DNA of 64,000 bases from Planctomycetota bacterium (GCA_029936315.1 JAPYTD010000008.1:5443-69442); one strand, 5' to 3'; numbered from the stretch's first letter, positions 46,005 to 54,687 are shown. Notes: a model not told the origin generated them from the sequence alone. Program-made: numbers and translations.

Positions 46005-46391
46005 GTGAAGACCGTAACCAAGAAGGAGTTGGTCCACCGCATCGCGGAAAGGACCGGCGTAACCAAGGTCGTGGCGAAGGACGTGATCCAAGCGTTCCTC
46101 AATTCGATCATCGATGAACTGGCTGATGGCAACCGTTTGGAGTTCCGTGAGTTCGGCGTTTTCGAGTCGCGTGAACGTGCGGCCCGACTTGCGCAGAACC
46201 CACGCACACTTGAGAAGGTGCCAGTGCCGGCAAAACGAATCGTCAAGTTCAAGGTTGGCCGTCTGATGCGCAAGAAGGTGTCTGGCGAAGACGTTGGCAA
46301 CCTATCCCTCGACGATGAGGAAGCCGTCGGTAAGAAAGCTGCGCCGCCGCCGCCCATGGGCAACAGCGGCGAAGCTACCGGAATGGCATAG
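46005..46391 (+). CDS. HU/IHF family nucleoid-associated DNA-binding protein with acidic/Pro-rich C-terminal tail
   Basis: The GTG at 46005 is preceded by AGGAGG. TKKELVHRIAERTGVTKVVAKDVIQAF...FGVFESRERAARLAQNPRTLEKVPVPAKRIVKFKVG is HU/IHF-like. Confidence 0.85.
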   Translation: MKTVTKKELVHRIAERTGVTKVVAKDVIQAFLNSIIDELADGNRLEFREFGVFESRERAARLAQNPRTLEKVPVPAKRIVKFKVGRLMRKKVSGEDVGNLSLDDEEAVGKKAAPPPPMGNSGEATGMA

Positions 46392-46580
46392 CCGACTACG
46401 TGTCGGGTAGACCTGCCTGATTGGAGATCTCACTGATCGATAGTCTGTCGACTGCATGCAGCCATCCTGGGCGGGTGTGCATGCGGTTGGCTCCCAAACT
46501 GCCGGTCTCTCGGCGCCGCCACACCGGGGCACAGGCTTCCGAATAAAGGCCTTCGAACAACGGGCTTCCGGACAACGGGG

Positions 46581-47747
46581 CTAGGTGATGGATCGCGCGA
46601 TCGCCTGTTCGAGATCGGCGATCAAGTCATCGCCATCTTCGATCCCGACCGAGAGCCGGATCAAGCCATCCTCAAGACCAGCGGCTCGTCGTTCTGCTAC
46701 TGGGATCGAGGCGTGCGTCATCGACGCCGGGTGGTCGACGAGGCTCTCGACGCCGCCGAGGCTCTCGGCGAGCGAAAACACTTCGAACGAGCTGCATACT
46801 TGCTTGGCTTGCTCGACGCTGGCCTTCAACTCGACCGAGACCATGCCGCCACCCTTGCGCATCTGGCGCTTGACCAGCTCGTGTTGTTCGTGGCTCTCGA
46901 GTCCGGGGTAGATCACGCGCGCCACCTTGTCGTGCGTCGACAACCACTCGGCAACTTGCATGGCGTTGTCGCAGTGGCGGTCCATGCGCACATGCAGCGT
47001 TTTGGTGCCGCGCAGGACCAGGAATGCGTCCATTGGGCCCGGCGTGCCGCCGCACGTGTTCTGGAAGTGCATCAGCTTCTGGTGCAGTTCGAGGTCGTTG
47101 CTGATCAAGGCACCACCGACGACGTCACTATGGCCCCCGAGGTACTTGGTGGTCGAGTGCGCGACGATGTCGCAGCCGAGCGCAAGTGGCGTCTGCAGGT
47201 AGGGCGTCGCGAAGGTGTTGTCCGCCATCGTCAGCACGCCTTTCTTCTTGGCGATGCCAGCGATCGCTTCGAGATCACAGCAGCGCAACAGCGGGTTCGT
47301 TGGCGTCTCAAGCATCACGAGCTTGGTGTTCGATTGGAACGCCGCCTCAAGTTGCGCGAGATCCGTCATGTCGACGAACGTCGTCTCCATCCCAAACTTC
47401 GTGTAGAGCGTTTGCAGCAACCGGTAGGTGCCGCCGTAGAGATCGTTGCCCGCGATGACGTGGTCGCCGGACTGCAACAGGTTGACCACGCAGTGGATCG
47501 CGGCCATGCCGCTCGCGAAGCACAGGCCGTGTTTGCCACCTTCGAGCGCCGCCAGATTGCCCTCAAGCGCCGTGCGCGTCGGGTTGTGCGAGCGTGAGTA
47601 GTCGTAGCCCTTGTTGACGCCCGGGGCTTCCTGCACGTAGGTGCTGGTCATGTAGACGGGCGTCATGATGGCGCCAGTCGAGGGGTCGGGGGATTGGCCG
47701 GCGTGGATTGCGTTGGTGCCGAAACCTGGGGTGCGGTCGCTGTTCAT
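46581..47747 (-). CDS. Cys/Met-metabolism PLP-dependent enzyme (cystathionine gamma-synthase/beta- or gamma-lyase family)
   Basis: FGTNAIHAGQ...YSRSHNPTRTALE...HSTTKYLGGHSDVVGG (PLP-Lys). 388 aa. Confidence 0.85.
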   Translation of the reverse strand: MNSDRTPGFGTNAIHAGQSPDPSTGAIMTPVYMTSTYVQEAPGVNKGYDYSRSHNPTRTALEGNLAALEGGKHGLCFASGMAAIHCVVNLLQSGDHVIAGNDLYGGTYRLLQTLYTKFGMETTFVDMTDLAQLEAAFQSNTKLVMLETPTNPLLRCCDLEAIAGIAKKKGVLTMADNTFATPYLQTPLALGCDIVAHSTTKYLGGHSDVVGGALISNDLELHQKLMHFQNTCGGTPGPMDAFLVLRGTKTLHVRMDRHCDNAMQVAEWLSTHDKVARVIYPGLESHEQHELVKRQMRKGGGMVSVELKASVEQAKQVCSSFEVFSLAESLGGVESLVDHPASMTHASIPVAERRAAGLEDGLIRLSVGIEDGDDLIADLEQAIARSIT

Positions 47748-47797
47748 TCGGGACAGAGTTTACAAGTCGGCGCGATCCGGCAACATGGCGCACCTCA

Positions 47798-49864
47798 ATG
47801 TCTGAGCCTTCTTCATCCTTCGACGGGGACGCTCTTGAGTTTCACGTCGTGCGTGCGCTGCTGACTGCGCACTTGGTTACGCCTCTCGGCCGCACGGCGG
47901 TGGAGGCTCTGCAGGTCTGTGCCACGGCCGAAGAAGCCGCGCGGCAGCACGCCGCGACCGTCGTGATGGCGCAGCGGATGGGCGAACGCAACGAGCTGCC
48001 GTTGAGCGGTGCCGTTGAGGTGAGAACCTGGCTGGGGCGTTTTTTCGCGGGTGAGCACTCTTTTCTTGCTCGCGACGCGGCCGACCTGAAGCGCGTGCTG
48101 CGCACATCGGACCGCTGCCGTCGCTGGTGCTCTGCGGGCGGGGAGGCGCTGGAGAGCTTTGTCGCCGGTGTGCCGGATGTCGAGGATCTGGTCGAGGAAC
48201 TCGAGCGGGTCGTCGACGACCGCGGTGAGGTCATGGATTCGGCTTCGGCCAAGCTGGCTGTGATCCGGCGCGACATCGAAATCCACAAGCGCGCGGTCGA
48301 CAGCACCATGGCTAGCGTGCTCGCGCAGGGGAGCGTGCGCCGCTGCCTCCAGGCTCCCGAACCTTCCTGGCGTCACGGGCGCCCGGTGTTGCAGGTCAAG
48401 GCGGACTATCGCCAGCACATTCGTGGGGTGCTGCACGACCGCAGCGCGTCGGGAGCGACGCTATTCGTCGAACCGGAGGCCGTCGTCGAGGTCGCCAACC
48501 AGCTATCGGACGAGCAGGCCGCCGAGAACCGTGAGATCAACGTCGTGCTGGCCGACACCGCGCGCGGCTTGCGTCGCTATGGCCAGGAGATCGCGAACAG
48601 CGTCGAGTTCGTTGCCCGCGCCGACCTGCTGCAGGCCAAAGCCCAGCTTGTGGTCAAAGACGGCTACACGGTGCCGAAAGTCGTTCCGGATGGTGCGATG
48701 CGGTTGCGCGGGGCTCGCCATCCGTTGTTGCTGCAGACGCAGGATCGTGCCGAGATCGTGCCGCTCGACATCGCGCTCGGCGATCCCCACCACCTGGTTG
48801 TGGTCACCGGGCCAAACACAGGCGGCAAGACCGTCGTTCTGAAAACGGTTGGTCTGCTATCGCTGATGGCGATCAGCGGCTTGCCCATTCCGGCGGACGT
48901 TGGCGCCGAAGTGCCGTTTTTGCGTTCGGTGCATGCTGACATTGGCGACGAACAGGCGATTGCGCAGAACCTGTCGACGTTTAGCTCGCACGTGCAGCGC
49001 ATCGCTCGCTGTGTCCAGCAGGCGGCGCCGGACACGTTGGTCCTGCTCGACGAGCTCGGTGCTGGCACCGATCCCGAGGAAGGTGCGGTGCTCGGCTACG
49101 CAGTGCTGGAGGCCTTGGTGAAGGCTAGGGTGTTTGCCGTCGTGACGACCCACCTCGGCCGGCTCAAGGATTTCGCCTACCAGCATCCCGGGGCCGAAAA
49201 CGGCTCGATGGCCTTCGACGGCAAGACGCTGAGGCCCCTGTATCGGCTGGATCTGGGCATTCCGGGCAACAGCCACGCGCTCGACATCTCGGCCCGGGTG
49301 GGCATGCCGGATAGCATCGTTGCTCGCGCCCGGGAGCTGCTGGGCGAGCGCGACCAGACGCTCGACAACCTGATCGAGCGGGTCCAGGTGGCGAGGCGCG
49401 ATGCCGAAGCGGATCGGCAACGCACCGCGGATCGTTCCAGGCAGGTCAACCAGAAGCACGAGGACCTGGAGGAGCGGTTGGCGCAGGCGGTCAAGAAGGA
49501 GAATTGGCTGCAAGAAGAGGCGGATGGGGTGGTTGAGTCCGAATTGCGCCGTGCGCATCAAGCCATGGACGGCGCCATCACGGCCTTGACGCAGGCTCCG
49601 GGGCAGCATGGCGAGCGGGCCCGAGGCCTGAAGAAGATCGCCGATGGGCTCTTGAAGCAGACCGCGATGCATCGGCGCCGGATGACGTTTTGTCACCGGC
49701 TCAAGAAGGGGGAGATGGTGTTCTTGCCACGGTGGGGGCGGCTCTGTGCCGTGCGCAAGGTCGACAAGGTCCGCGAGATCGTCACGGTCGACTACGGCAA
49801 GGCTCGCATGGAGGTTCCCTTCGAAGATGTGTCGTGGCTACAACCGCTCGATGCAGGTCCGTAA
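47798..49864 (+). CDS. mutS2: Endonuclease MutS2 homologue lacking a C-terminal Smr domain
   Basis: MutS ATPase core (TGPNTGGKTVVLKTVGL, LVLLDELGAGTDP), a long coiled region, and a KOW-like end (LKKGEMVFLPRWGRLCAVRKV). The stop follows directly. Confidence 0.8.
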   Translation: MSEPSSSFDGDALEFHVVRALLTAHLVTPLGRTAVEALQVCATAEEAARQHAATVVMAQRMGERNELPLSGAVEVRTWLGRFFAGEHSFLARDAADLKRVLRTSDRCRRWCSAGGEALESFVAGVPDVEDLVEELERVVDDRGEVMDSASAKLAVIRRDIEIHKRAVDSTMASVLAQGSVRRCLQAPEPSWRHGRPVLQVKADYRQHIRGVLHDRSASGATLFVEPEAVVEVANQLSDEQAAENREINVVLADTARGLRRYGQEIANSVEFVARADLLQAKAQLVVKDGYTVPKVVPDGAMRLRGARHPLLLQTQDRAEIVPLDIALGDPHHLVVVTGPNTGGKTVVLKTVGLLSLMAISGLPIPADVGAEVPFLRSVHADIGDEQAIAQNLSTFSSHVQRIARCVQQAAPDTLVLLDELGAGTDPEEGAVLGYAVLEALVKARVFAVVTTHLGRLKDFAYQHPGAENGSMAFDGKTLRPLYRLDLGIPGNSHALDISARVGMPDSIVARARELLGERDQTLDNLIERVQVARRDAEADRQRTADRSRQVNQKHEDLEERLAQAVKKENWLQEEADGVVESELRRAHQAMDGAITALTQAPGQHGERARGLKKIADGLLKQTAMHRRRMTFCHRLKKGEMVFLPRWGRLCAVRKVDKVREIVTVDYGKARMEVPFEDVSWLQPLDAGP

Positions 49865-49906
49865 CGGGCTGTTGTTGTTGCCGCCCCAAGGTTAGGGTTG
49901 TCGCCC

Positions 49907-50413
49907 ATGACGGTGTTGATCGCCGACAACGACCGCGCTGTGAGCGGCCTGCTTACCGACGTGCTGAAGCAGTCGGGGTTGCAGATGATGCACGCTTACG
50001 ACGGTGATGAGGCCAGCTCGCTCGCCCGCGACCAACGTGTGCGTGTGCTGGTTTGCGATCTCGATATGCCCGGTGCTTCTGGGCTCGAAGTGCTTGAGTC
50101 GTTGCGCGACCTGGCCGACCCGCCTCGTTCGATCGTGATCTCGGGCTACCTCGATTCGGCGATTGAAGCCCGCTTGCGCACGATGCCGTTCGTGCAGGAG
50201 GTCTTACGCAAGCCATTCGATCTGCTGGTGTTTGCGGCTCTGGTGCGCCGGCTGGTTGCCCAGGGCGAGAAGTCGTCGGCAGCGGCAGAATCGGCCGCTA
50301 CCGAGGAGCAAGGAGGCCTTCGGAAGGCCCTGCCGCGTGAGAATCGCAGCGACTCCCGCAGTAGCTACCGCAAGGATGGTCCGGGCGACCACGGTATCGC
50401 CGTCGAGCACTGA
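49907..50413 (+). CDS. Stand-alone response regulator receiver (CheY-like) protein
   Basis: VLIADND...VLVCDLDMPGASG...ISGY is a REC domain. The C-terminal tail is low-complexity and I see no output domain. Confidence 0.8.
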   Translation: MTVLIADNDRAVSGLLTDVLKQSGLQMMHAYDGDEASSLARDQRVRVLVCDLDMPGASGLEVLESLRDLADPPRSIVISGYLDSAIEARLRTMPFVQEVLRKPFDLLVFAALVRRLVAQGEKSSAAAESAATEEQGGLRKALPRENRSDSRSSYRKDGPGDHGIAVEH

Positions 50414-50447
50414 GCCGAGCACTGGGTAGAGCACTGGGTGAGCACTG
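50405..50447. repeat. Four tandem copies of GAGCACTG(G) with 12/12/11-bp period, spanning the receiver-gene stop codon
   Basis: Copies start at 50405, 50417, 50429 and 50440. The stop TGA (50411-50413) lies inside copy 1. Confidence 0.9.
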
Positions 50448-50503
50448 GTCGGCCACCGCACGCCAACTTGCGGCGTCGACGCAAAAAATGCCCCTTGCCA
50501 AGC

Positions 50504-50531
50504 TTGCACTGCCTAGGGGCGTCGGTATCGT
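50504..50531 (+). promoter_or_regulatory. Candidate sigma70-like promoter for the tRNA-tuf cluster
   Basis: TTGCAC, a 16-nt spacer, then TATCGT. It is preceded by an A-run (GCAAAAAATG) and lies about 30 nt upstream of tRNA-Thr. Confidence 0.25.
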
Positions 50532-50560
50532 GCTCCGTCCTTTCCGCCGCAGCTACCCCT

Positions 50561-50635
50561 GCTAGCGTAGCTCAATGGTAGAGCACCTGATTTGTAATCT
50601 GGAGGTTATGGGTTCAAGTCCCATCGCTAGCTCCA
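50561..50635 (+). tRNA. tRNA-Thr (anticodon TGT), CCA encoded
   Basis: Hand-folded cloverleaf: acceptor GCTAGCG/CGCTAGC, D arm GCTC-AATGGTA-GAGC, anticodon loop TTTGTAA, T arm ATGGG-TTCAAGT-CCCAT. Confidence 0.9.
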
Positions 50636-50721
50636 GACCGGATTAGAGCTGACTTTTGAGCTGTCTCGTTGGGGCAGAAGAACGGGGCAAAGGAAAAGGA
50701 AAGCGTGCACGGCAAACGCAC

Positions 50722-50806
50722 GGGCGAATACCAAAGCGGCCAACTGGGTCAGACTGTAAATCTGATGGCTCTGCCTTCGCTGGTTCGAATCCAGCTTCGC
50801 CCACCA
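50722..50806 (+). tRNA. tRNA-Tyr (anticodon GTA), long variable arm, CCA encoded
   Basis: Acceptor GGGCGAA/TTCGCCC, anticodon arm TCAGA-CTGTAAA-TCTGA, T arm GCTGG-TTCGAAT-CCAGC. 85 nt. Confidence 0.9.
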
Positions 50807-50918
50807 TCTTCCGTCGGTCTATCGAGGCAGTCGGAAGCTTTGCACGCGTGACAAATCAGATCTCGTTCGTCGGTGCAGGACCAGATGGTCTTCTGCCGAT
50901 ACGCGCGGTCACCCGCAT

Positions 50919-50990
50919 GCGGGTGTAGCTCAATGGTAGAGCACCAGCCTTCCAAGCTGGGTGTTGTGGGTTCGAGTCCCATCCCCCGCT
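50919..50990 (+). tRNA. tRNA-Gly (anticodon TCC)
   Basis: Acceptor GCGGGTG/CCCCCGC with one mismatch, anticodon arm CCAGC-CTTCCAA-GCTGG, T arm GTGGG-TTCGAGT-CCCAT. No CCA is encoded. Confidence 0.88.
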
Positions 50991-51067
50991 CAGTTTGGCA
51001 CCCGCTCAGTCGGGTGCTTGCGGAATCGGGTGCTCGTTTTGTTCTTTCTTCTCTTCGTTTTCTGCAG

Positions 51068-51142
51068 GCTGCTATAGCTCAGTGGTAGAGCACCTCCTTG
51101 GTAAGGAGGAGGTCCTGGGTTCGAGTCCCAGTAGCAGCTCCA
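51068..51142 (+). tRNA. tRNA-Thr (anticodon GGT), CCA encoded
   Basis: Acceptor GCTGCTA/TAGCAGC, anticodon arm CCTCC-TTGGTAA-GGAGG, T arm CTGGG-TTCGAGT-CCCAG. Confidence 0.9.
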
Positions 51143-51253
51143 TCCGACTGACTCTTTCCCGACTCTCTCTGCGGCTAGGTGCTGTGTCATTGTGCACAGC
51201 TCAGCGCGTAGGGCGAACAAACCCACGACCGACTATCCCCCCGACCCAGACTC

Positions 51254-52456
51254 ATGGCCAAGGAAACCTTCTCCAGAACTAAGCCCCACGTCAACGTGGG
51301 GACGATCGGGCACGTTGCCCACGGCAAGACCACGACCACCGCGGCCATTACCTACACGCTCGCAGCTGTTGGTCTGGCCAAGTACAAGGAATACGCGGAT
51401 GTCGCCAAGGGCGGCACGGTTCGTGATCCGAGTCGTGTTGTGACGATCTCGTCGGCCCACGTCGAGTACGAGACGAAGAACCGTCACTACGCTCACGTCG
51501 ATTGCCCCGGCCACGCCGACTACATCAAGAACATGATCACCGGTGCTGCCCAAATGGACGGCGCCATCCTGGTCGTGGCTGCTGATGACGGTCCGATGCC
51601 GCAGACGAAGGAGCACGTCCTGCTCGCTCGTCAGGTCGGTGTGCCGGCGATCGTCTGCTACCTCAACAAGTGCGACCTCGTCGATGACGACGAGTTGTTG
51701 GAGCTTGTCGAGATGGAAATCCGCGAGCTGCTCGACAAGTACGAATACCCCGGCGACGACGCCAGGGTCATTCGCGGCGCCTCGTTCGCGGCTCTCCAGA
51801 CGAAGGACCCGGGCCCGGACAACCCGGAGAGCAAGTGCATCTTCGATCTGATGGAAGCCATCGATGAAGCCATTCCGGAGCCGGAACGCGACATCGACAA
51901 GCCGTTCCTGATGCCGGTTGAAGACGTCTTCTCGATCGAAGGTCGCGGCACCGTCGCCACCGGTCGTATCGAGCGCGGCATCATCAACGTCGGCGACGCC
52001 GTTGAAGTTGTCGGCATCAAGGAAACCCGTCCGACCACCGTCACCGGTGTCGAGATGTTCCAGAAGACGTTGGATCAAGGCCAGGCTGGCGACAACGTCG
52101 GTCTCCTGCTCCGCGGCATGAAGAAGGAAGAGATCGAGCGCGGTATGGTTCTCGCCATCCCGAAGTCGGTCATGCCGCACACCAAGTTCAAGGCCTCGGT
52201 CTACGCCCTCAGCAAGGACGAAGGTGGTCGCCACACGCCGTTCATGAGCGGCTACCGCCCGCAGTTCTACTTCCGCACGACGGATGTGACTGGCACGGCG
52301 GATCTGGTTGGCGCTGAGATGTGCATGCCGGGCGATAACGTCGAGATCAGCGTCGAACTGATCATGCCGATCGCGATGGACCAGCACATGCGCTTCGCCA
52401 TCCGTGAAGGTGGTCGCACCGTCGGTGCTGGCCGTATCACCGAGATCCTCGAGTAG
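51254..52456 (+). CDS. tuf: Elongation factor Tu
   Basis: Full-length EF-Tu: [30 protein letters not shown]. It sits after the Thr-Tyr-Gly-Thr tRNA cluster. Confidence 0.97.
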   Translation: MAKETFSRTKPHVNVGTIGHVAHGKTTTTAAITYTLAAVGLAKYKEYADVAKGGTVRDPSRVVTISSAHVEYETKNRHYAHVDCPGHADYIKNMITGAAQMDGAILVVAADDGPMPQTKEHVLLARQVGVPAIVCYLNKCDLVDDDELLELVEMEIRELLDKYEYPGDDARVIRGASFAALQTKDPGPDNPESKCIFDLMEAIDEAIPEPERDIDKPFLMPVEDVFSIEGRGTVATGRIERGIINVGDAVEVVGIKETRPTTVTGVEMFQKTLDQGQAGDNVGLLLRGMKKEEIERGMVLAIPKSVMPHTKFKASVYALSKDEGGRHTPFMSGYRPQFYFRTTDVTGTADLVGAEMCMPGDNVEISVELIMPIAMDQHMRFAIREGGRTVGAGRITEILE

Positions 52457-52468
52457 GAAACAACTGCT

Positions 52469-52489
52469 CGGTCGGGTTCTGCCCGATCG
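52469..52489 (+). terminator. Hairpin 13 nt after the tuf stop (weak terminator or processing-site candidate)
   Basis: CGGTCGGG-ttctg-CCCGATCG forms 8 bp including one G-U pair. No U-tract follows. Confidence 0.2.
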
Positions 52490-52616
52490 GGTCGATTGGG
52501 TCGCCGATCTGGGCTGGTCCTTGGAGACTCTGGTCTTCGGGGGATTGTTGGCCTAGTCTCGGTAGCCCGAACAACGCAAGTGGGGTGGCCCAAGGTCCGC
52601 CTCGTTCGCCAGGCAG

Positions 52617-52692
52617 AGGGCAATAGCACAATTGGTAGTGCAGTTGATTCCAAATCAACAGGTTCTGGGTTCGAGTCCTAGTTGCCCTGCCA
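52617..52692 (+). tRNA. tRNA-Trp (anticodon CCA), CCA end encoded
   Basis: Acceptor AGGGCAA/TTGCCCT, anticodon arm GTTGA-TTCCAAA-TCAAC, T arm CTGGG-TTCGAGT-CCTAG. Confidence 0.9.
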
Positions 52693-52873
52693 CTTTGATG
52701 TGCGCGTCTGAGAGATGCACGTTTGGGCCGTGGCACTTCGGTGTTGCGGCCATTAGGCTTTTGGGCTAGCTCGCATTTGGGCTGGCTGTATTGGAATTGT
52801 CGAGTTTGGCTGCTGTCGAGCGGCGACGCCCCGTGAGGCGTCGCGATGCGCGACGGACAAGGAATGTAAGACC

Positions 52874-53311
52874 GTGAGCTATCGCAAGAACGAAGGCCGT
52901 TATGCGCGGATGTTCTCCTTCTGGGCACTGTTCCTGCTGGTTGCCTACGGTTGCTTCCACGGTGGTGGTCTCTCCGACATGATGAAAGGGTGGTTGGGTG
53001 ACTCCAACCAGACGTATGTGGATCCCTTCCCGATCCTCGGCACGCTCAAGACTTCGACCTGCATCGCGCTCGGCTTCTGGCTGCTTATCGGCTGGATTAT
53101 CTCGCGCATCCTGAATCAGAAGCGCATCGCGAATGCCCTGATCGATACCGAAGCCGAGATGGAGAAGGTCACGTGGCCGACCTGGAGTGAAACCTGGAGT
53201 GGCACGCTGGCAGTCGCCGCCATGGTGACGGTGATGTTCATCTACCTGTTCGTCGTCGACCTCGGTTTGACCAAGGTCATGATGATCCTGATGGGTGTGG
53301 GGGGCGTCTAA
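52874..53311 (+). CDS. secE: Preprotein translocase subunit SecE (three-TM form)
   Basis: GTG start. The conserved EMEKVTWPTWSET motif is followed by a C-terminal TM. It lies directly upstream of nusG with a TAATG overlap. Confidence 0.8.
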   Translation: MSYRKNEGRYARMFSFWALFLLVAYGCFHGGGLSDMMKGWLGDSNQTYVDPFPILGTLKTSTCIALGFWLLIGWIISRILNQKRIANALIDTEAEMEKVTWPTWSETWSGTLAVAAMVTVMFIYLFVVDLGLTKVMMILMGVGGV

Positions 53312-53844
53312 TGGCTCAGCAGGAGTGGTACTTCCTGAGGGTTCAGGTTGGTCGTGAGGACACGATCCGCCAAAGCATGATGCGCCGCCTGAAGCAGGCG
53401 GGGATCGAAGCGCTCGTTCCTCAGATCGTCGTTCCGACCGAGACCATCGCCGACCACCGCAACGGCAAGAAGATCGTCAAGCGCAAGAAGCTCTACCCAG
53501 GCTACCTGATGGTCGAGATGGAGCTCAGCGACGACGTCTGGTTCGTGCTGCGGGAGACGCCGGGGTTCGGCGACTTCGTCGGCGGCCAGGCGCACCCGAC
53601 GCCAGCCGACCCGGGGGACGTCGAGAAGGTTCTCGCCCACATGAGTTCCAGCAAGGAGCAGCCCAAGGTTGCGGTGCGGTTCCAAAAGGGGGACCGGGTC
53701 AAGATCAAGACCGGCGCCTTCGAGAACACCGACGCCATCGTCGAAGAAGTGCATGCCGAAAAGGGCACGCTCGACGTCTCGGTCAACTTCTTCGGTCGCC
53801 CGACGCCAATGTCGCTGGGCTACTGGGAAGTCGAGGCTATCTAG
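53311..53844 (+). CDS. nusG: Transcription termination/antitermination factor NusG
   Basis: WYFLRVQVGRED, LYPGYLMVEM and the KOW segment FQKGDRVKIKTGAFENTDAIVEEV. Confidence 0.95.
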   Translation: MAQQEWYFLRVQVGREDTIRQSMMRRLKQAGIEALVPQIVVPTETIADHRNGKKIVKRKKLYPGYLMVEMELSDDVWFVLRETPGFGDFVGGQAHPTPADPGDVEKVLAHMSSSKEQPKVAVRFQKGDRVKIKTGAFENTDAIVEEVHAEKGTLDVSVNFFGRPTPMSLGYWEVEAI

Positions 53845-53849
53845 GCCGC

Positions 53850-53883
53850 GATTGATCTGGGTCCTGGATTGACCTGGGCCCTG
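53850..53883. repeat. Imperfect 17-bp tandem direct repeat (GATTGATCTGGGTCCTG / GATTGACCTGGGCCCTG)
   Basis: 15 of 17 positions are identical, and the two copies are back to back, immediately after the nusG stop. Confidence 0.8.
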
Positions 53884-53896
53884 ATCGGCCCAGTTT
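53874..53896 (+). terminator. Candidate intrinsic terminator after nusG
   Basis: Perfect 7-bp GC-rich stem CTGGGCC-ctgatc-GGCCCAG followed by TTTCGTG, 30 nt after the nusG stop. Confidence 0.4.
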
Positions 53897-53940
53897 CGTG
53901 AGAAGGCTGCTCTTGGTGGCAGAAATCGCCCCAGGATCAG

Positions 53941-53969
53941 TTGATTCCTCCTGGCGAGTCTGCTTAGAT
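53941..53969 (+). promoter_or_regulatory. Candidate sigma70-like promoter for rplKAJL
   Basis: TTGATT, a 17-nt spacer, then TTAGAT, about 185 nt upstream of the rplK ATG. Confidence 0.3.
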
Positions 53970-54155
53970 CTTCGCCCCCGAATCGGGTTCCAGACGATTC
54001 GACCCGACCTCTCAGGCATCCCTATCCAGGGCATTCTGGGTGGTCAAATCCCGGGCTCCCGCACCCGGAACGCCATCTTGGCGATGCATCTGCGGGGTTC
54101 TCTTGCTAGCGGGAGGCCGTGTTACGCATAGCCGCTGGACCGCGGAGATTGAGTT

Positions 54156-54581
54156 ATGGCCAAACAAGTAACCGCAACCGTCAAGCTGCAATGTCCAGCT
54201 GGTGTCGCAACACCCGCACCGCCAGTCGGCCCAGCCTTGGGTCAGCACGGCATCAACATCGGGCAGTTCGTCAAGCAGTTTAACGACGCGACGCGTGCGC
54301 AAGCCGGCCTGATCATCCCCGTGGTCATCTCGGTCTACAAAGACCGCAGCTTCTCGCTCGAGTACAAGTCGCCGCCCGCTTCCGTCCTGCTCAAGAAGGC
54401 TGCGAAGATCGAGTCGGCTGCAAACAACCCTGGTAGTGAGGTGGCCGGCAAGGTCAACCGAGCCCAGGTCAAGGAGATCGCCGAGATGAAGGCAAAGGAT
54501 CTCAACTCGATCGATATCGAGGGCGCGATGCGCATGGTGGAAGGCACGGCGCGTGCCTGCGGAATCGAAGTGGTGGACTAG
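54156..54581 (+). CDS. rplK: 50S ribosomal protein L11
   Basis: [35 protein letters not shown] is an L11 hallmark. Confidence 0.97.
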   Translation: MAKQVTATVKLQCPAGVATPAPPVGPALGQHGINIGQFVKQFNDATRAQAGLIIPVVISVYKDRSFSLEYKSPPASVLLKKAAKIESAANNPGSEVAGKVNRAQVKEIAEMKAKDLNSIDIEGAMRMVEGTARACGIEVVD

Positions 54582-54687
54582 CCGCAACGATCAACCCAAC
54601 TGAGCAACTCAGACGACATTCCCGATGTCCTGCCGGCCGCCAACAGCCCGGTTCGACATCTAGGCCAACTCAAGAACAGGATCACCC

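Noticed and set aside
50405-50447. Tandem GAGCACTG repeats as a CRISPR array
   Set aside because: The units are only 11-12 bp with no unique spacers, there are just four copies, and no cas genes are nearby. This is a microsatellite-like tandem repeat.
50414-51253. tRNA cluster as an integration hotspot with an adjacent island or integrase
   Set aside because: No integrase, att-like duplicated tRNA 3' end, or foreign-looking genes flank the tRNAs. Both sides are core genes in the canonical tuf/secE context.
52496-52681. 61-aa ORF between tuf and secE as rpmG (L33), which often sits here
   Set aside because: The translation (MGRRSGLVLGDSGLRGIV...) has none of the L33 Cys or Lys-rich motifs, and it overlaps the well-folded tRNA-Trp.
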